Below the pieces are notes generated by a model. The model saw nothing but the letters and a program-made list of their open reading frames with translations, had not been told where the DNA came from and ran no database searches. A stretch of 64,000 bases of DNA from Candidatus Woesearchaeota archaeon. Its GTDB lineage: Archaea; Nanobdellota; Nanobdellia; Woesearchaeales; UBA119. Within the stretch, counting starts at the first letter, position 1. Each line of letters starts with the position of its first letter. The stretch lies in assembly GCA_030156615.1 (NCBI GenBank), contig JASGME010000005.1:1858-65857 (forward strand). Direction: 5' to 3'. Both the position numbers and the translations under genes were made by a program. Positions 11,301 through 19,899 of the stretch are shown piece by piece.

Positions 11301-12660
11301 CAATCAAGAGACAGATGTAGATTGTGGCGGACCTGTTTGCCTTCCTTGTGATGTTGGGGAATCTTGCAAATATATTTCTGATTGCAAAGATGATTTGAAA
11401 TGCGATGGTGATGAATGCATCGAACCACCTGAAGAAGATACGTGTAATAATAAAAAATGGGATCCTCGGGAAACAGATGTTGATTGTGGTGGGATTTGCT
11501 TAAAGGAATGCGATATTGGTCAAAAATGCGATAAGGATAAGGATTGCATTTCAGGAGTTTGCTCTGATGATAAGATATGTGTTTCAGTGCATCATTGTGA
11601 GAATGGCGAAAGAGATGAAGGAGAAACAGATGTAGATTGTGGTGGCAAATGTTATCCGTGTGAAAATGATAAGAACTGCAATCGGGACTCAGATTGTGAA
11701 TCGAGTTATTGTAAGGATGGAGTTTGTAGGCCTTACGAAGAAAAGGATAGCGATGGCGATGGAATACCTGATTATTGGGAAATGAAACATGGAACTGATC
11801 CATTAAAATCAGATTCAGATAAGGATCCTGACGGGGATGGATTAACAAATTATGAAGAATATCAATTTTACATTAACGGAACGAAGATCTTGCCTAACAA
11901 AGCAGATACGGATGGTGACGGATTTACAGACAAAGAAGAGATTGATAAAGGAACGGATCCTACCGATCCTGACGATAAACCATCAAATACAGGCATGCTT
12001 GTTTTGATTTTGGTTGTGCTGTTGATATTTTTAGGAATTTTGCTTTATTTATTCTTCAATGGTTCAAAGAAATCTCAAGCTAAAAAGCCAAACACTCCTC
12101 CGACTGAAAAAATCAAAGAACCTCCACAGATTAAGATCAGTTCAATGGATGCTAAACAGAAGACTATAGAAAAAGCTGATTTTGAGTTGAAAGATAAAGA
12201 GCTCTTCCGTGAATTTGAATCAGATATGAAAAAGAAGGTCTCGCAGGAATCATCATCTGAACCTAAAAAGATTACACCTCCTCCTAAATTTGCATATGCC
12301 CCTGAAGAGAAGGAGAAAGAAAAAGATAAGGCAAAAAGTTATGAAAAATCAGAAGAAACAAAAGAAAATTCAAATGAGAGCGAATCAGTTGAAGAAGATT
12401 TAAATAAGATTCTCCAGCCTCCTAAAAAGTCAACAAAGGCATATGAAGAAATAAAGAAGGAAAGTTCATCAGATGAAATAGACAATCTTATCGAAACCTT
12501 GGAAGAAGGGGTATTGAAGAAGGAATTTGAGGAAACTAAAGGGAAGGCAAGTTCATCTGAATCAAAGAAAAAAAGGAAAAACAAGAGTAAATCATCAGCA
12601 TCTAAAAAGACATCAAATAAAGGTAAAGGAACTAAGAAAAAGGAGTCATCTAAAAAATGA
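8359..12660 (+). CDS. Giant Cys-rich, Ca-binding-repeat surface protein with C-terminal TM anchor and Lys/Glu-rich tail
   Basis: Signal peptide (VKLILFVALFVLFLFPLL...AFA|GCC); CDGLDNDCDGEIDE-type repeats; 3x ETDVDCGG repeats; DxDGDG repeats (DSDGDGIPD, DPDGDGLTN, DTDGDGFTD); TM LVLILVVLLIFLGILLYLFF. Confidence 0.8.
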   Translation: MTSVKSENSLRNLESYKQHSVTLRVKLILFVALFVLFLFPLLIDEAFAGCCLSPESGLGIYCTPIESGCYGDGYIDSSCSVDDCTLGCCCYEHNTPYNYKTVPKGYCIYKNENEEGNIGKLRFTSKEEAFVGGIDSCAEFCSNQQITGSISEEDLLYFKAETVEGYSKVEVSWALKQGVGDGLDKYVYFCEVDEDDNCINQIHFIKADSPYIFLLEWDACYKFYLNVTGLGSFEENYSVACTGNDECSFKKLNQLFCSDDTNTYGFCTYGNVFVDTGHECKDDPEGYCKSKMGHLGMMNQSNCNEDYLCFLDKHPSGLYSCYNCPVEGGMECYDYKSRDACETDSCNIGNCSWKSLGSADGIDFGICVNTEESNCDNCGRLFSSSVESTAPYSSWNEFLYSDCTEEILNLLSSDEEICELPELCYTGDDEETCLDYKDKSNCEKNTCNVGDGAKCVWDDGSCGKDLNNDGLRDCSGLSGDRLEECELDFYPPESDLIKSGSVDDLENYKLKIQILDRRNEDDSRTLINLGEGDEFKVCSLYSSDSNFISCGSSISYYANAENLNSEEIYVKNLISEGKLSAGEVNKFNYFAIDKNFNIESKMNSITIDLSRLEVCTTDVSCGFEGVCSVVKRTCDAELGVFLNTCEAALDEFKKNNDSYEPEEESCDGLDNDCDGEIDEDLKLTYYYDGDKDGVGNKTNKKDFCVGKPLENYVVEVYDDSGKIVWDCDDSNALISPLIEEDCDDGIDNNCNGAIDAKDADCVEKGEQCNNCEDDDGDGLINEGCPDFDKDTYKEVNGAFKSICNCDFCNKNCLCGPDEFDMDKDGDGILNHLDKEPETPLECHPEKNVWNALYITDEGIAKDKDLDGVCDYADKCEDTVSGCPVELNLSSPNAGCPKSCADRKCWTDSYCSKCDGNCEACGGGNWQLCTKEVCESCSEDCIFTFVKEVNGIKYGNCTTCVGDECEELKEKEIDECSDGIKNNQETDVDCGGPVCLPCDVGESCKYISDCKDDLKCDGDECIEPPEEDTCNNKKWDPRETDVDCGGICLKECDIGQKCDKDKDCISGVCSDDKICVSVHHCENGERDEGETDVDCGGKCYPCENDKNCNRDSDCESSYCKDGVCRPYEEKDSDGDGIPDYWEMKHGTDPLKSDSDKDPDGDGLTNYEEYQFYINGTKILPNKADTDGDGFTDKEEIDKGTDPTDPDDKPSNTGMLVLILVVLLIFLGILLYLFFNGSKKSQAKKPNTPPTEKIKEPPQIKISSMDAKQKTIEKADFELKDKELFREFESDMKKKVSQESSSEPKKITPPPKFAYAPEEKEKEKDKAKSYEKSEETKENSNESESVEEDLNKILQPPKKSTKAYEEIKKESSSDEIDNLIETLEEGVLKKEFEETKGKASSSESKKKRKNKSKSSASKKTSNKGKGTKKKESSKK
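11278..11646 (+). repeat. Three intragenic C-x-(D/N)-x6-ETDVDCGG Cys-rich repeats
   Basis: CSDGIKNNQETDVDCGG, CNNKKWDPRETDVDCGG, CENGERDEGETDVDCGG; the DNA core ACAGATGT(A/T)GATTGTGG recurs three times. Confidence 0.85.
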
Positions 12661-12719
12661 TTCATCAGCATGGCAAATCGATAATCTAATAAATTATATT
12701 CTTTTGAACGGTGATAATT

Positions 12720-13214
12720 ATGAAATCTAAGAAGGGAGTTGTGGTTTCGCAGGCTGTTGTAATCATTTTCACGGTAATCATTGCCACAGTTATTATTGTA
12801 ATCGCTACACGCGGAATAGGATTGTTTAGCAATACAGGTAAAGAATATCAAAATACAAAACTTATTCAGGCGTTTAATAAAGAATTTGATTCAATTAAAA
12901 AGCTTGGCTATGGAAGTAAAATTAAAGTAGAAATCCCATCATACGGTGCATATATTGTTTGCTTCGTTGATTTAGACAAAATCAATTCAGATTCAGCAGA
13001 CTCCCTAGATTTACCTTCAGAAATACAAGATTTTGTTACTGCTGAAGGGCAGGATGCCGACATATATATCTTTGGAGATAAAATAGATATGATTGATGTA
13101 GGTAATATTAGCGTTTCTTCAGAAAATCAACTTTATTTGTGCATAAATTCAACAAATTATTTTCGATTTTATTTAACCAATAATGGAACAAGCATAAGCG
13201 TATCGGGAACCTAG
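12720..13214 (+). CDS. Pilin-like protein, class III signal peptide
   Basis: GGTGA RBS, then MKSKKG|VVVSQAVVIIFTVIIATVIIVI. Confidence 0.72.
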   Translation: MKSKKGVVVSQAVVIIFTVIIATVIIVIATRGIGLFSNTGKEYQNTKLIQAFNKEFDSIKKLGYGSKIKVEIPSYGAYIVCFVDLDKINSDSADSLDLPSEIQDFVTAEGQDADIYIFGDKIDMIDVGNISVSSENQLYLCINSTNYFRFYLTNNGTSISVSGT

Positions 13215-13215
13215 A

Positions 13216-14247
13216 ATGAATGATAAAAAAGGAGCATTGGAGTTAAGCGTTAATGTAGTCTTTGCAGGACTCATAGGTGTAGTAATTTTCATATTGGCTT
13301 TTTCTTTCATAATGAGCAACATGCAATCTGCAGAAAAGGAGAGAAAAGCTGAATTTGCCAATTCCTTTGTAGGATCACTTAGAGCATCTTATGAAGAATA
13401 CTATTTTTCAAACATTATCACTTTTAATGAGCAATATTCAATCAGAATAGAATGCGAAAAACTATTCTTTGATGACGAGGCAGTATCTTTAACTGATATG
13501 ATTGTGTTTTCTCCATCTGAATTTTCTACAAAGCAGTTAGGAACGAATTCAGAGAGAATAGAAATGCCTTTTTATATTTCAAATGCCTTTTATCTTTATC
13601 CCCAATTAAATATCTTCCTATATTGTGAAGATTGTTATTTATATAATGAGATTCCGGAGGCGTATGCTCTTCTTTATTCTCTATGGGACAGTCCAACTCT
13701 TGTCACAGGAGAAGAATTTGCAGAAATTAATATTATCGGATCTGGAGATAGTATGACTATTAATCAAATCTATCAAGAAGAAGATAATAAAAACATAATT
13801 GTAGTTCTTGAAAACGACGAATTTGCTTATGATTTTGCCTACAAGAATCTTTCTTTTGATGATGATTTATTCAACCATGATTCAATTTTGGTAGGCAATA
13901 TCTCATATGACGATGAAATCTATCCTTTCATAGGGGAAGAGATGCTCTTTGGTGCAATACTCTCGGATGATTTAGGGACATATAAATGCAATGTTCAAAA
14001 ATTCTTTGAAATGTTTAATAGAACCCTTTCTGTTTATGAAAAAAGATTTGAGTTGATGTCTGTGGATCTAACTTATCCTTGCAACTCTTTACCAACGAAT
14101 CAGACCTTTTCAAATTTAAAGGGAAATATAACAAATGCTAATAATAATTTTGATTATGAATCTTTTTATGATTTGGCTGTTTCAATCAAGAAATTAGAGG
14201 AGGTTGCTGAAAATGCAGAAATGCAGAGCTGTCCTTCAATCTACTAA
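13216..14247 (+). CDS. Pilin-like protein, class III signal peptide
   Basis: MNDKKG|ALELSVNVVFAGLIGVVIFIL; C-terminal CPSIY. Confidence 0.75.
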   Translation: MNDKKGALELSVNVVFAGLIGVVIFILAFSFIMSNMQSAEKERKAEFANSFVGSLRASYEEYYFSNIITFNEQYSIRIECEKLFFDDEAVSLTDMIVFSPSEFSTKQLGTNSERIEMPFYISNAFYLYPQLNIFLYCEDCYLYNEIPEAYALLYSLWDSPTLVTGEEFAEINIIGSGDSMTINQIYQEEDNKNIIVVLENDEFAYDFAYKNLSFDDDLFNHDSILVGNISYDDEIYPFIGEEMLFGAILSDDLGTYKCNVQKFFEMFNRTLSVYEKRFELMSVDLTYPCNSLPTNQTFSNLKGNITNANNNFDYESFYDLAVSIKKLEEVAENAEMQSCPSIY

Positions 14248-14725
14248 AGGACAGACAAGGGGAGTTGAAACTATTATCGCAGTAGTTTTTGTAATAATCA
14301 TCATAGTTATCTTAGGTTCAATCATCTTTATGGAGAGTAGCAAGCGGGCTTTGGATAAAGCAAAAGATAATCAATTAACCTATGTAATGAATTCTGTTGA
14401 GAATTTTCTAAATGTTCCAGAATTAAAATGTTCATATTTTGGCAAGCTTTGTATAGATGCATGGAAGGCAAAGGCCGTTTCGTCTATATCAGAAGAAGAT
14501 GTTGAATTTAGGAGCTACATTAGAAGAATGATTGGGATTGATGCAGAGTTAAAACTAGTCTCACTGTATCCTGAAGAAGAAAGCTTTCTTTTCATCAATA
14601 CTACATCCGGTTTAACAGATTACTCATTAACACAGGTAATAAGACTTCCTGTTGTTATAGAAAACGATACAAATGAGCCAGGAATAGGTTTTGGCTATGT
14701 CGAGGTGAGGGCCTATCTCAGATAA
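14204..14725 (+). CDS. Pilin-like protein, class III signal peptide
   Basis: STKG|QTRGVETIIAVVFVIIIIVILG; PELKCS...CID Cys pair; overlaps the upstream gene; exact start uncertain. Confidence 0.68.
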   Translation: MLKMQKCRAVLQSTKGQTRGVETIIAVVFVIIIIVILGSIIFMESSKRALDKAKDNQLTYVMNSVENFLNVPELKCSYFGKLCIDAWKAKAVSSISEEDVEFRSYIRRMIGIDAELKLVSLYPEEESFLFINTTSGLTDYSLTQVIRLPVVIENDTNEPGIGFGYVEVRAYLR

Positions 14726-15230
14726 AACCCAGTTTGAACTCTTGGGCGTAGTATTTGTTGTAATTATCGGTTTAATCTTTCTTATTATTTTTCTTCTTAT
14801 TTCTCCGGATACAGATTCTGAAAGAGAAAATGCTTTTTTGATTGAATCAAAGCTTGCCTCATTGACAGCAAACATCATCTCTGATTCAAGTATAAAGATT
14901 AAAGAATGTAAATATGCTTCTCTTCCATATATGTTAAGTTATTGTTTGACAGATGAATCTTATGGAGAATGTTCATCTAGCGATCTTGTTGATTTGGGAG
15001 GGGAAAGTTATTGTGATGCTGCTTTAATTATAATTAATGATACTTTACTCTGGCCAATCTTCGCAGAGCAATTTTATAATTATTCTATGATTCTCTCTTA
15101 TCAAAATGGGACTATGATAAAATCAATATCAAACGGCGAATGCACGGGAGAAAGGTTTTCAGACAGATATCCTATTGTAACTTCTGGTTCAGGGACAACA
15201 CTAAATCTTGATCTAGCGCTATGCAGATAA
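14715..15230 (+). CDS. Pilin-like protein; probable start upstream of the ORF-track TTG
   Basis: In-frame upstream extension reads (I)SDKT|QFELLGVVFVVIIGLIF, a class III-like K-x-Q-x-E motif. GAGGTGA RBS at 14702-14708 lies 6 nt before ATC 14715. ORF-track start is 14742. Confidence 0.6.
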   Translation: MSDKTQFELLGVVFVVIIGLIFLIIFLLISPDTDSERENAFLIESKLASLTANIISDSSIKIKECKYASLPYMLSYCLTDESYGECSSSDLVDLGGESYCDAALIIINDTLLWPIFAEQFYNYSMILSYQNGTMIKSISNGECTGERFSDRYPIVTSGSGTTLNLDLALCR

Positions 15231-15277
15231 GGATTAAAAAAGATTTATAAAGTTATTAAACTAAATTCTTTAAAAAG

Positions 15278-16045
15278 ATGAAAATAAGCGAAATCCTTGA
15301 TTATATTAAAGCGTATCTTGATTTAGGATATACGAAGAAACAGATTGTTGATATCTTAGTAAAGAAGGGAGCCTCGCTGAACGAAATTGAATTGTGTTTC
15401 AAACAACTCGGCGTATATAGTGTTGAGGATTTGGCTTCTGTTGAATATCTGTTTAATAATCTTCTTATTGCTTTAATTGACGAAGGCTGGAAGGATGTTA
15501 CAAAATCAATGACCCCGCTTTTTAAGATAACCGAATGGAATTTTATAGGTTATAAGCAAGATAAGGGAAAGGAATGGTATTTGCTCTTAAAAAGAACAGG
15601 GGAATTTAATGAAAATAATATAAATAGTATCGCAGTAGCGTTTTCCCTTCTCCTTAATCATCTATCCGGGCCTAATACAAATTTCGTTTTTTTCATAATT
15701 GCTGACTCTGTAAGTTATCTGGCAACAAAGCGTTTCCTTAGTATGGAAAGCCTTGTTAATTCAAAGGATCCTTTGCGTGGCACAGGTAGGACTTATCTGG
15801 TTGATATGAACACCAGGAAGTGTCATGGTAAGGAATTTGTGAATCCTCCTAATGCAGGGGAATTTGTTGCCAGGATTAAACATACTGTAGAAGCCGAGTT
15901 AAGACTTGATATTGATTTATTCGAACGAGAAGAATATGCCAAAAAAAGGAAACATGTTCTTGCCATGCGAAGATTTTCTCTTATTCTTTTTGTACTTATG
16001 GTCCTTATTGCGTTACTATTCCTTTTTTATACATTTTTTAATTAA
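15278..16045 (+). CDS. Hypothetical protein with C-terminal TM helix
   Basis: 255-aa ORF with upstream AAAGA-TTTATAAA promoter-like element; hydrophobic C-terminus FSLILFVLMVLIALLFLFYTFF. Confidence 0.6.
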   Translation: MKISEILDYIKAYLDLGYTKKQIVDILVKKGASLNEIELCFKQLGVYSVEDLASVEYLFNNLLIALIDEGWKDVTKSMTPLFKITEWNFIGYKQDKGKEWYLLLKRTGEFNENNINSIAVAFSLLLNHLSGPNTNFVFFIIADSVSYLATKRFLSMESLVNSKDPLRGTGRTYLVDMNTRKCHGKEFVNPPNAGEFVARIKHTVEAELRLDIDLFEREEYAKKRKHVLAMRRFSLILFVLMVLIALLFLFYTFFN

Positions 16046-16092
16046 TTGAACTAATTCGAAACTAATTTATATCTTTAATTCATCGTATTTTT

Positions 16093-16281
16093 ATGAAACT
16101 TAAAAGAGAAAACAAAGAAGAAGAGCTTGATTTTGAAGGAAGCATATCTGAATTGCTTAAATCCTTGTCTCTACCGGAAGGAAGCGTTGTTGTTCTAAAA
16201 AACGGCGATATTGTTACAGAAGATGAGATTGTAAGAAACGAAGATGAATTAGAAATCATAGGTGTTGGTTCAAAGGGTTAA
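16093..16281 (+). CDS. Ubiquitin-like ThiS/MoaD/SAMP-family protein with atypical C-terminus
   Basis: 62 aa; ISELLKSL...VVVLKNGDIV...DELEIIGV; ends GSKG rather than GG. Confidence 0.8.
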   Translation: MKLKRENKEEELDFEGSISELLKSLSLPEGSVVVLKNGDIVTEDEIVRNEDELEIIGVGSKG

Positions 16282-17310
16282 TTTCTCGATTTTTATGTCA
16301 AAACATAATCTGTATATGCCCGGGGATTGCTGGCCGCACTTTATTGCTTCATTTTCTTCAACAATCCATCCATAGCTTCCCATTATTTGTTTTATCCTTT
16401 TTTTAACCTCTTCAATTCCTTCAGAAGAAGCAAATTGATAAAGATGTATAATGCATTTCTCTTTTGCACATTTTAAAGCATCCGAAATGAAATCCTCTGC
16501 CCCTTTTGGCAAAGGCATAACTATCCTGTCAAATTTTTCTTTAATCTTTTTGCAGACCTCCTTTACATCTCCTTGTATTAATGTAACATTAGTTATCTTA
16601 TTTCTTGCTATGTTTCTTTTTGCCAGCTCATGAGCTTCTGGATTTAATTCTATTCCATATACCTTGTTCGGCATTGCATTCTTTGCAATAACACAGATAT
16701 ATGGAGCTATACCCGAAAACATAACTAAAACATCTTCTTTAGGTCTTATCATTAAAGCGATCCTTTTTCTTTCATTTGACAACCGAGGAGAAAAATAAGC
16801 CTTCTCTATATCTACTTCAAGATCAATGCCATTTTCTTTATGAATTGTTGTTGTTTTTTTCTCCCCAGCAAGATGTTTATACTTTTGTATCCTCAAAGGG
16901 CTCTTATGTGCTCCTTCCTTGCGAACGACAGTTTTTAATTGAGGCTGGGTTTTTAGAAGGGCTTCTCCCAACTCTTTTTCATATTGTCTCAATTCTTCAT
17001 CAATCTCTAATATTCCAATGTCTCCTACAACATCAAAAGCGGTTTTTAGCTTTTCATCTAGCTCTTTTGGAACAATCTCTTTTGCAATCTCGCTGAAGCT
17101 CTTGCTCTCTTTCTTCTGGATGAATTCAGCATCAATAATTTCATAGCTTCTCTTAAGTTCTTTTAATTCATCTTTTGTAAGTTCTCTTATTGGGATTAAT
17201 ACGAAGTTGCCCTTTCTAAAAGCCTTAGCATTTTTAACAAGAAGCCCTTTCTCTTTCAGCTTCTTCATCTCTTCATATGCTCTTTCCTTTTGTATTTTTA
17301 TACCTAACAT
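16270..17310 (-). CDS. trm5: tRNA (guanine-37-N1) methyltransferase, Trm5/Met-10 family
   Basis: FDVVGDIGI, HKENGI, YFSPRLSNERKRI, VLVMFSGIAPY, ELNPEA, FDRIVMPLP. Confidence 0.88.
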   Translation of the reverse strand: MLGIKIQKERAYEEMKKLKEKGLLVKNAKAFRKGNFVLIPIRELTKDELKELKRSYEIIDAEFIQKKESKSFSEIAKEIVPKELDEKLKTAFDVVGDIGILEIDEELRQYEKELGEALLKTQPQLKTVVRKEGAHKSPLRIQKYKHLAGEKKTTTIHKENGIDLEVDIEKAYFSPRLSNERKRIALMIRPKEDVLVMFSGIAPYICVIAKNAMPNKVYGIELNPEAHELAKRNIARNKITNVTLIQGDVKEVCKKIKEKFDRIVMPLPKGAEDFISDALKCAKEKCIIHLYQFASSEGIEEVKKRIKQIMGSYGWIVEENEAIKCGQQSPGIYRLCFDIKIEKLTL

Positions 17311-17968
17311 TTTCCTGAATCGCATCCCTTGTTTCAATTATAAAGATTGCTGTTGAGATGAAAAAAACGACTTGGATTGGAAATAATTTCCATATATAAA
17401 GCAGAGGCAATACAATTGCCAGAGAAAGAACAGCCTCAATAATTCTTTCTTTTTTAAATAAATCCCTTTTGATTGTTTTTAATTTATTTTTCAAGCTTTC
17501 TGGGGATTTTACTCTTTTTATCAAAAGAAGAAACAAGGAATGAATTAATATCACTTCTATGACTCCTTCTATGCTCAGGATAAGATAAATGAAATAGATT
17601 AAAAAGGCGGCCTGAATCGACTCAGCAGGAATTTTTTTGAATATTATGCTTGATGTTAATGATGCAATTGCGATTGCTAAGAAAGCAAAGAACCATTTTG
17701 ATATGAGCAATTGAAAAAAGAAGAGAATGAATATGAAAAATGGAAGAGCAATAAAATGATTTCCTGTTTTTTCTGATTTCTCAATCCTTTTTTTTATAAC
17801 TCTTTCAAGAACATATATGAGATATGAATCGATTATAACAAAAGGAATTGCTAAAAGACGAATCTCCACTCCTAATATGATTGAAACAATTAAAGAAAAC
17901 AAAAAAATCCAGAATGTTGTCATTTCATCGTAAGCATTCTGTCCGATTTTAAGCTTCTTCAGAACCAT
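17273..17968 (-). CDS. Hypothetical multi-pass membrane protein
   Basis: Several hydrophobic segments; overlaps fen and trm5 in an operon-like run. Confidence 0.6.
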   Translation of the reverse strand: MVLKKLKIGQNAYDEMTTFWIFLFSLIVSIILGVEIRLLAIPFVIIDSYLIYVLERVIKKRIEKSEKTGNHFIALPFFIFILFFFQLLISKWFFAFLAIAIASLTSSIIFKKIPAESIQAAFLIYFIYLILSIEGVIEVILIHSLFLLLIKRVKSPESLKNKLKTIKRDLFKKERIIEAVLSLAIVLPLLYIWKLFPIQVVFFISTAIFIIETRDAIQENVRYKNTKGKSI

Positions 17969-18996
17969 TGTGAAAGACTCTTTTGTTTTTGATTTTCAAT
18001 CTTGGATTTAAGCTTCTCAATTGATGATTCAACCCTTTCTTCAGAGAAATCGTGTTCCTCAACTAATATCTTTCTAATTAATTCTCTTTTTATAGGCTTT
18101 TCCTCAATAATGTAGTCATCTGTAACTGGCATTTCTTTTATTGTATTAAAAACAACTCTCCATTCTATCGATGTTTCTTCAAGCCAGTTAACCTCCTTAA
18201 ATAGCTCATCGTATTCTTCTTTTTTGTACTTTTTAACAATCTCCAAAGCTTTCTTCGGCCCTATTCCCTTTATTCCTGAAGGAAGGAAATCTGTTCCAAC
18301 GAGCATTGCTATAACTATCAAGCCATCTAAATCAATTCCTAAACGATTAAGATTGTCTGAAAGATTTATCAATTCATACGAGATGCCTTCAAATGCAAAA
18401 GAATTGCTCTTCTTTCTCCTCCTGGATATGTTTAGATTTCTAACAATTCTGGGAGCCTCAAAAAGCAGGCAATCAAAATCTTGGCTTGCAACACACCAAG
18501 CATCCCCCTTTTTGACAATATGAGCTGCCTGAGCTTCTCCCTCAGATGGAGCCTGAATCCAGTTTATCCCAAGTCCGTCAAGCAACATCTTAGCATCCTG
18601 AATCATCTCGTCCGTTAATTTTCCAGTCTGAGCTGAATATTTTCTCATTGCTTCTATGTCGTGTTGCTCAATAGCCTCTTTTAGTTTAAGTGCTGCTTTT
18701 AACTTTCTCTCTGCTCTTCTTTTCTGCTCTTCTTTTTTCAGAAGAGGAGCTTTCCCATCAAAGATGAAGATTGGTTGAATATTATTCTTTAACAAAAATA
18801 TGCATCTGTTGAATAAACCAGATAGATGACTTGTTATGTTTCCCTTAGAATCCTTTAAAGGTGTTCCATCGTATTGTCTTACAGAAGCTATAAATTGATA
18901 GAGCCAGTTGAATGCATCAACTGCGATTTTCTTTCCTTTCAGTGCATCCAAATCTATTTCTTTAACCTCTAAAATTGACCTTATCGCTGTTCCCAT
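17959..18996 (-). CDS. fen: Flap endonuclease 1
   Basis: AVDAFNWLYQF, SHLSGLFNR, FIFDG, APSEGEAQAA, SQDFD, LVGTDF, GIGPKKA; C-terminal PIP box QKSLSQWF. Confidence 0.97.
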   Translation of the reverse strand: MGTAIRSILEVKEIDLDALKGKKIAVDAFNWLYQFIASVRQYDGTPLKDSKGNITSHLSGLFNRCIFLLKNNIQPIFIFDGKAPLLKKEEQKRRAERKLKAALKLKEAIEQHDIEAMRKYSAQTGKLTDEMIQDAKMLLDGLGINWIQAPSEGEAQAAHIVKKGDAWCVASQDFDCLLFEAPRIVRNLNISRRRKKSNSFAFEGISYELINLSDNLNRLGIDLDGLIVIAMLVGTDFLPSGIKGIGPKKALEIVKKYKKEEYDELFKEVNWLEETSIEWRVVFNTIKEMPVTDDYIIEEKPIKRELIRKILVEEHDFSEERVESSIEKLKSKIENQKQKSLSQWF

Positions 18997-19001
18997 TTTT
19001 A

Positions 19002-19898
19002 TCAAAATCTTATAGTTTCAGCGTTTATCTCTTTTAACAACTGCATAGCATCCTTTGTGAATTCTCCTTTATGCATTATTATCAAAAGGGCTTTTGATAA
19101 CTCTGATTTCAGATGTGCAATTGCAATGTCCTTTTCATTTATTCTCTTCTTTCTAGTTATATATACAAATATCTTTTGCCTCTGGAATCCTTCTATATGA
19201 GCTATAATCTCTGAATCCTTTCCTTTTGTTGTATTATGCTTCTCTATTACTAATCTTCTCTTCTCAAGCTCTTCTTTAATCTCGTTAGGGATTCCGTCAA
19301 AACTCCCCTCTTCTTTTTTCTCTTCCTCTTTCTTCAATCCCTCTTTTTCCTCGGCTTCCGTTTGTTTTATAGATCCCTTTGTCTCTTCTGCAAAGCTTCC
19401 TAATCCTTTCTGCTTTATCTCTTCATCTTTTTCATTATCTTGTCTTTCCTCTGCTTTAAAGTATCTGTTCTTTATTATCTCGCTAGTTTGATCATTGCTT
19501 AAAAGATACCATTTCCAGAATTTTATCTCTTGCGAATCTCTAAGCATTACAGTTATTGGCTTGGCAAAATCAGGTATATGAGATATTGCAACCCTCATGC
19601 TAGGTTGAAGCTCATCATCTCTTAGGACAAGCCTGCTCTTTATTAATTCAAATGCCTCTTTTTCCATTGAAGGAAGTTTTTCTGAGAACCTCTGTAAATC
19701 CCTTTCCTGTCCTTTTAGATAATATAGTGGAGAACCGCCGACCTTCATATGAGAAATATTCAAAAGTTTCTTTGAAGCCAAGTTTGCCATGAGAGCAGAT
19801 GCTATTATTGAATCAACGCCGAGCTCTTTTGCAACCTTTATCGGCTGGCTTGGCCCATTCTTTCTTATATACTCTATTATCTTATCCTTTGAATCCAT
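19002..19898 (-). CDS. Hypothetical protein with N-terminal winged HTH
   Basis: IIEYIRKNGPSQPIKVAKELGVDSIIASALM...VGGSPLYY wHTH pattern; coupled to endA and fen. Confidence 0.65.
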   Translation of the reverse strand: MDSKDKIIEYIRKNGPSQPIKVAKELGVDSIIASALMANLASKKLLNISHMKVGGSPLYYLKGQERDLQRFSEKLPSMEKEAFELIKSRLVLRDDELQPSMRVAISHIPDFAKPITVMLRDSQEIKFWKWYLLSNDQTSEIIKNRYFKAEERQDNEKDEEIKQKGLGSFAEETKGSIKQTEAEEKEGLKKEEEKKEEGSFDGIPNEIKEELEKRRLVIEKHNTTKGKDSEIIAHIEGFQRQKIFVYITRKKRINEKDIAIAHLKSELSKALLIIMHKGEFTKDAMQLLKEINAETIRF

Positions 19899-19899
19899 T

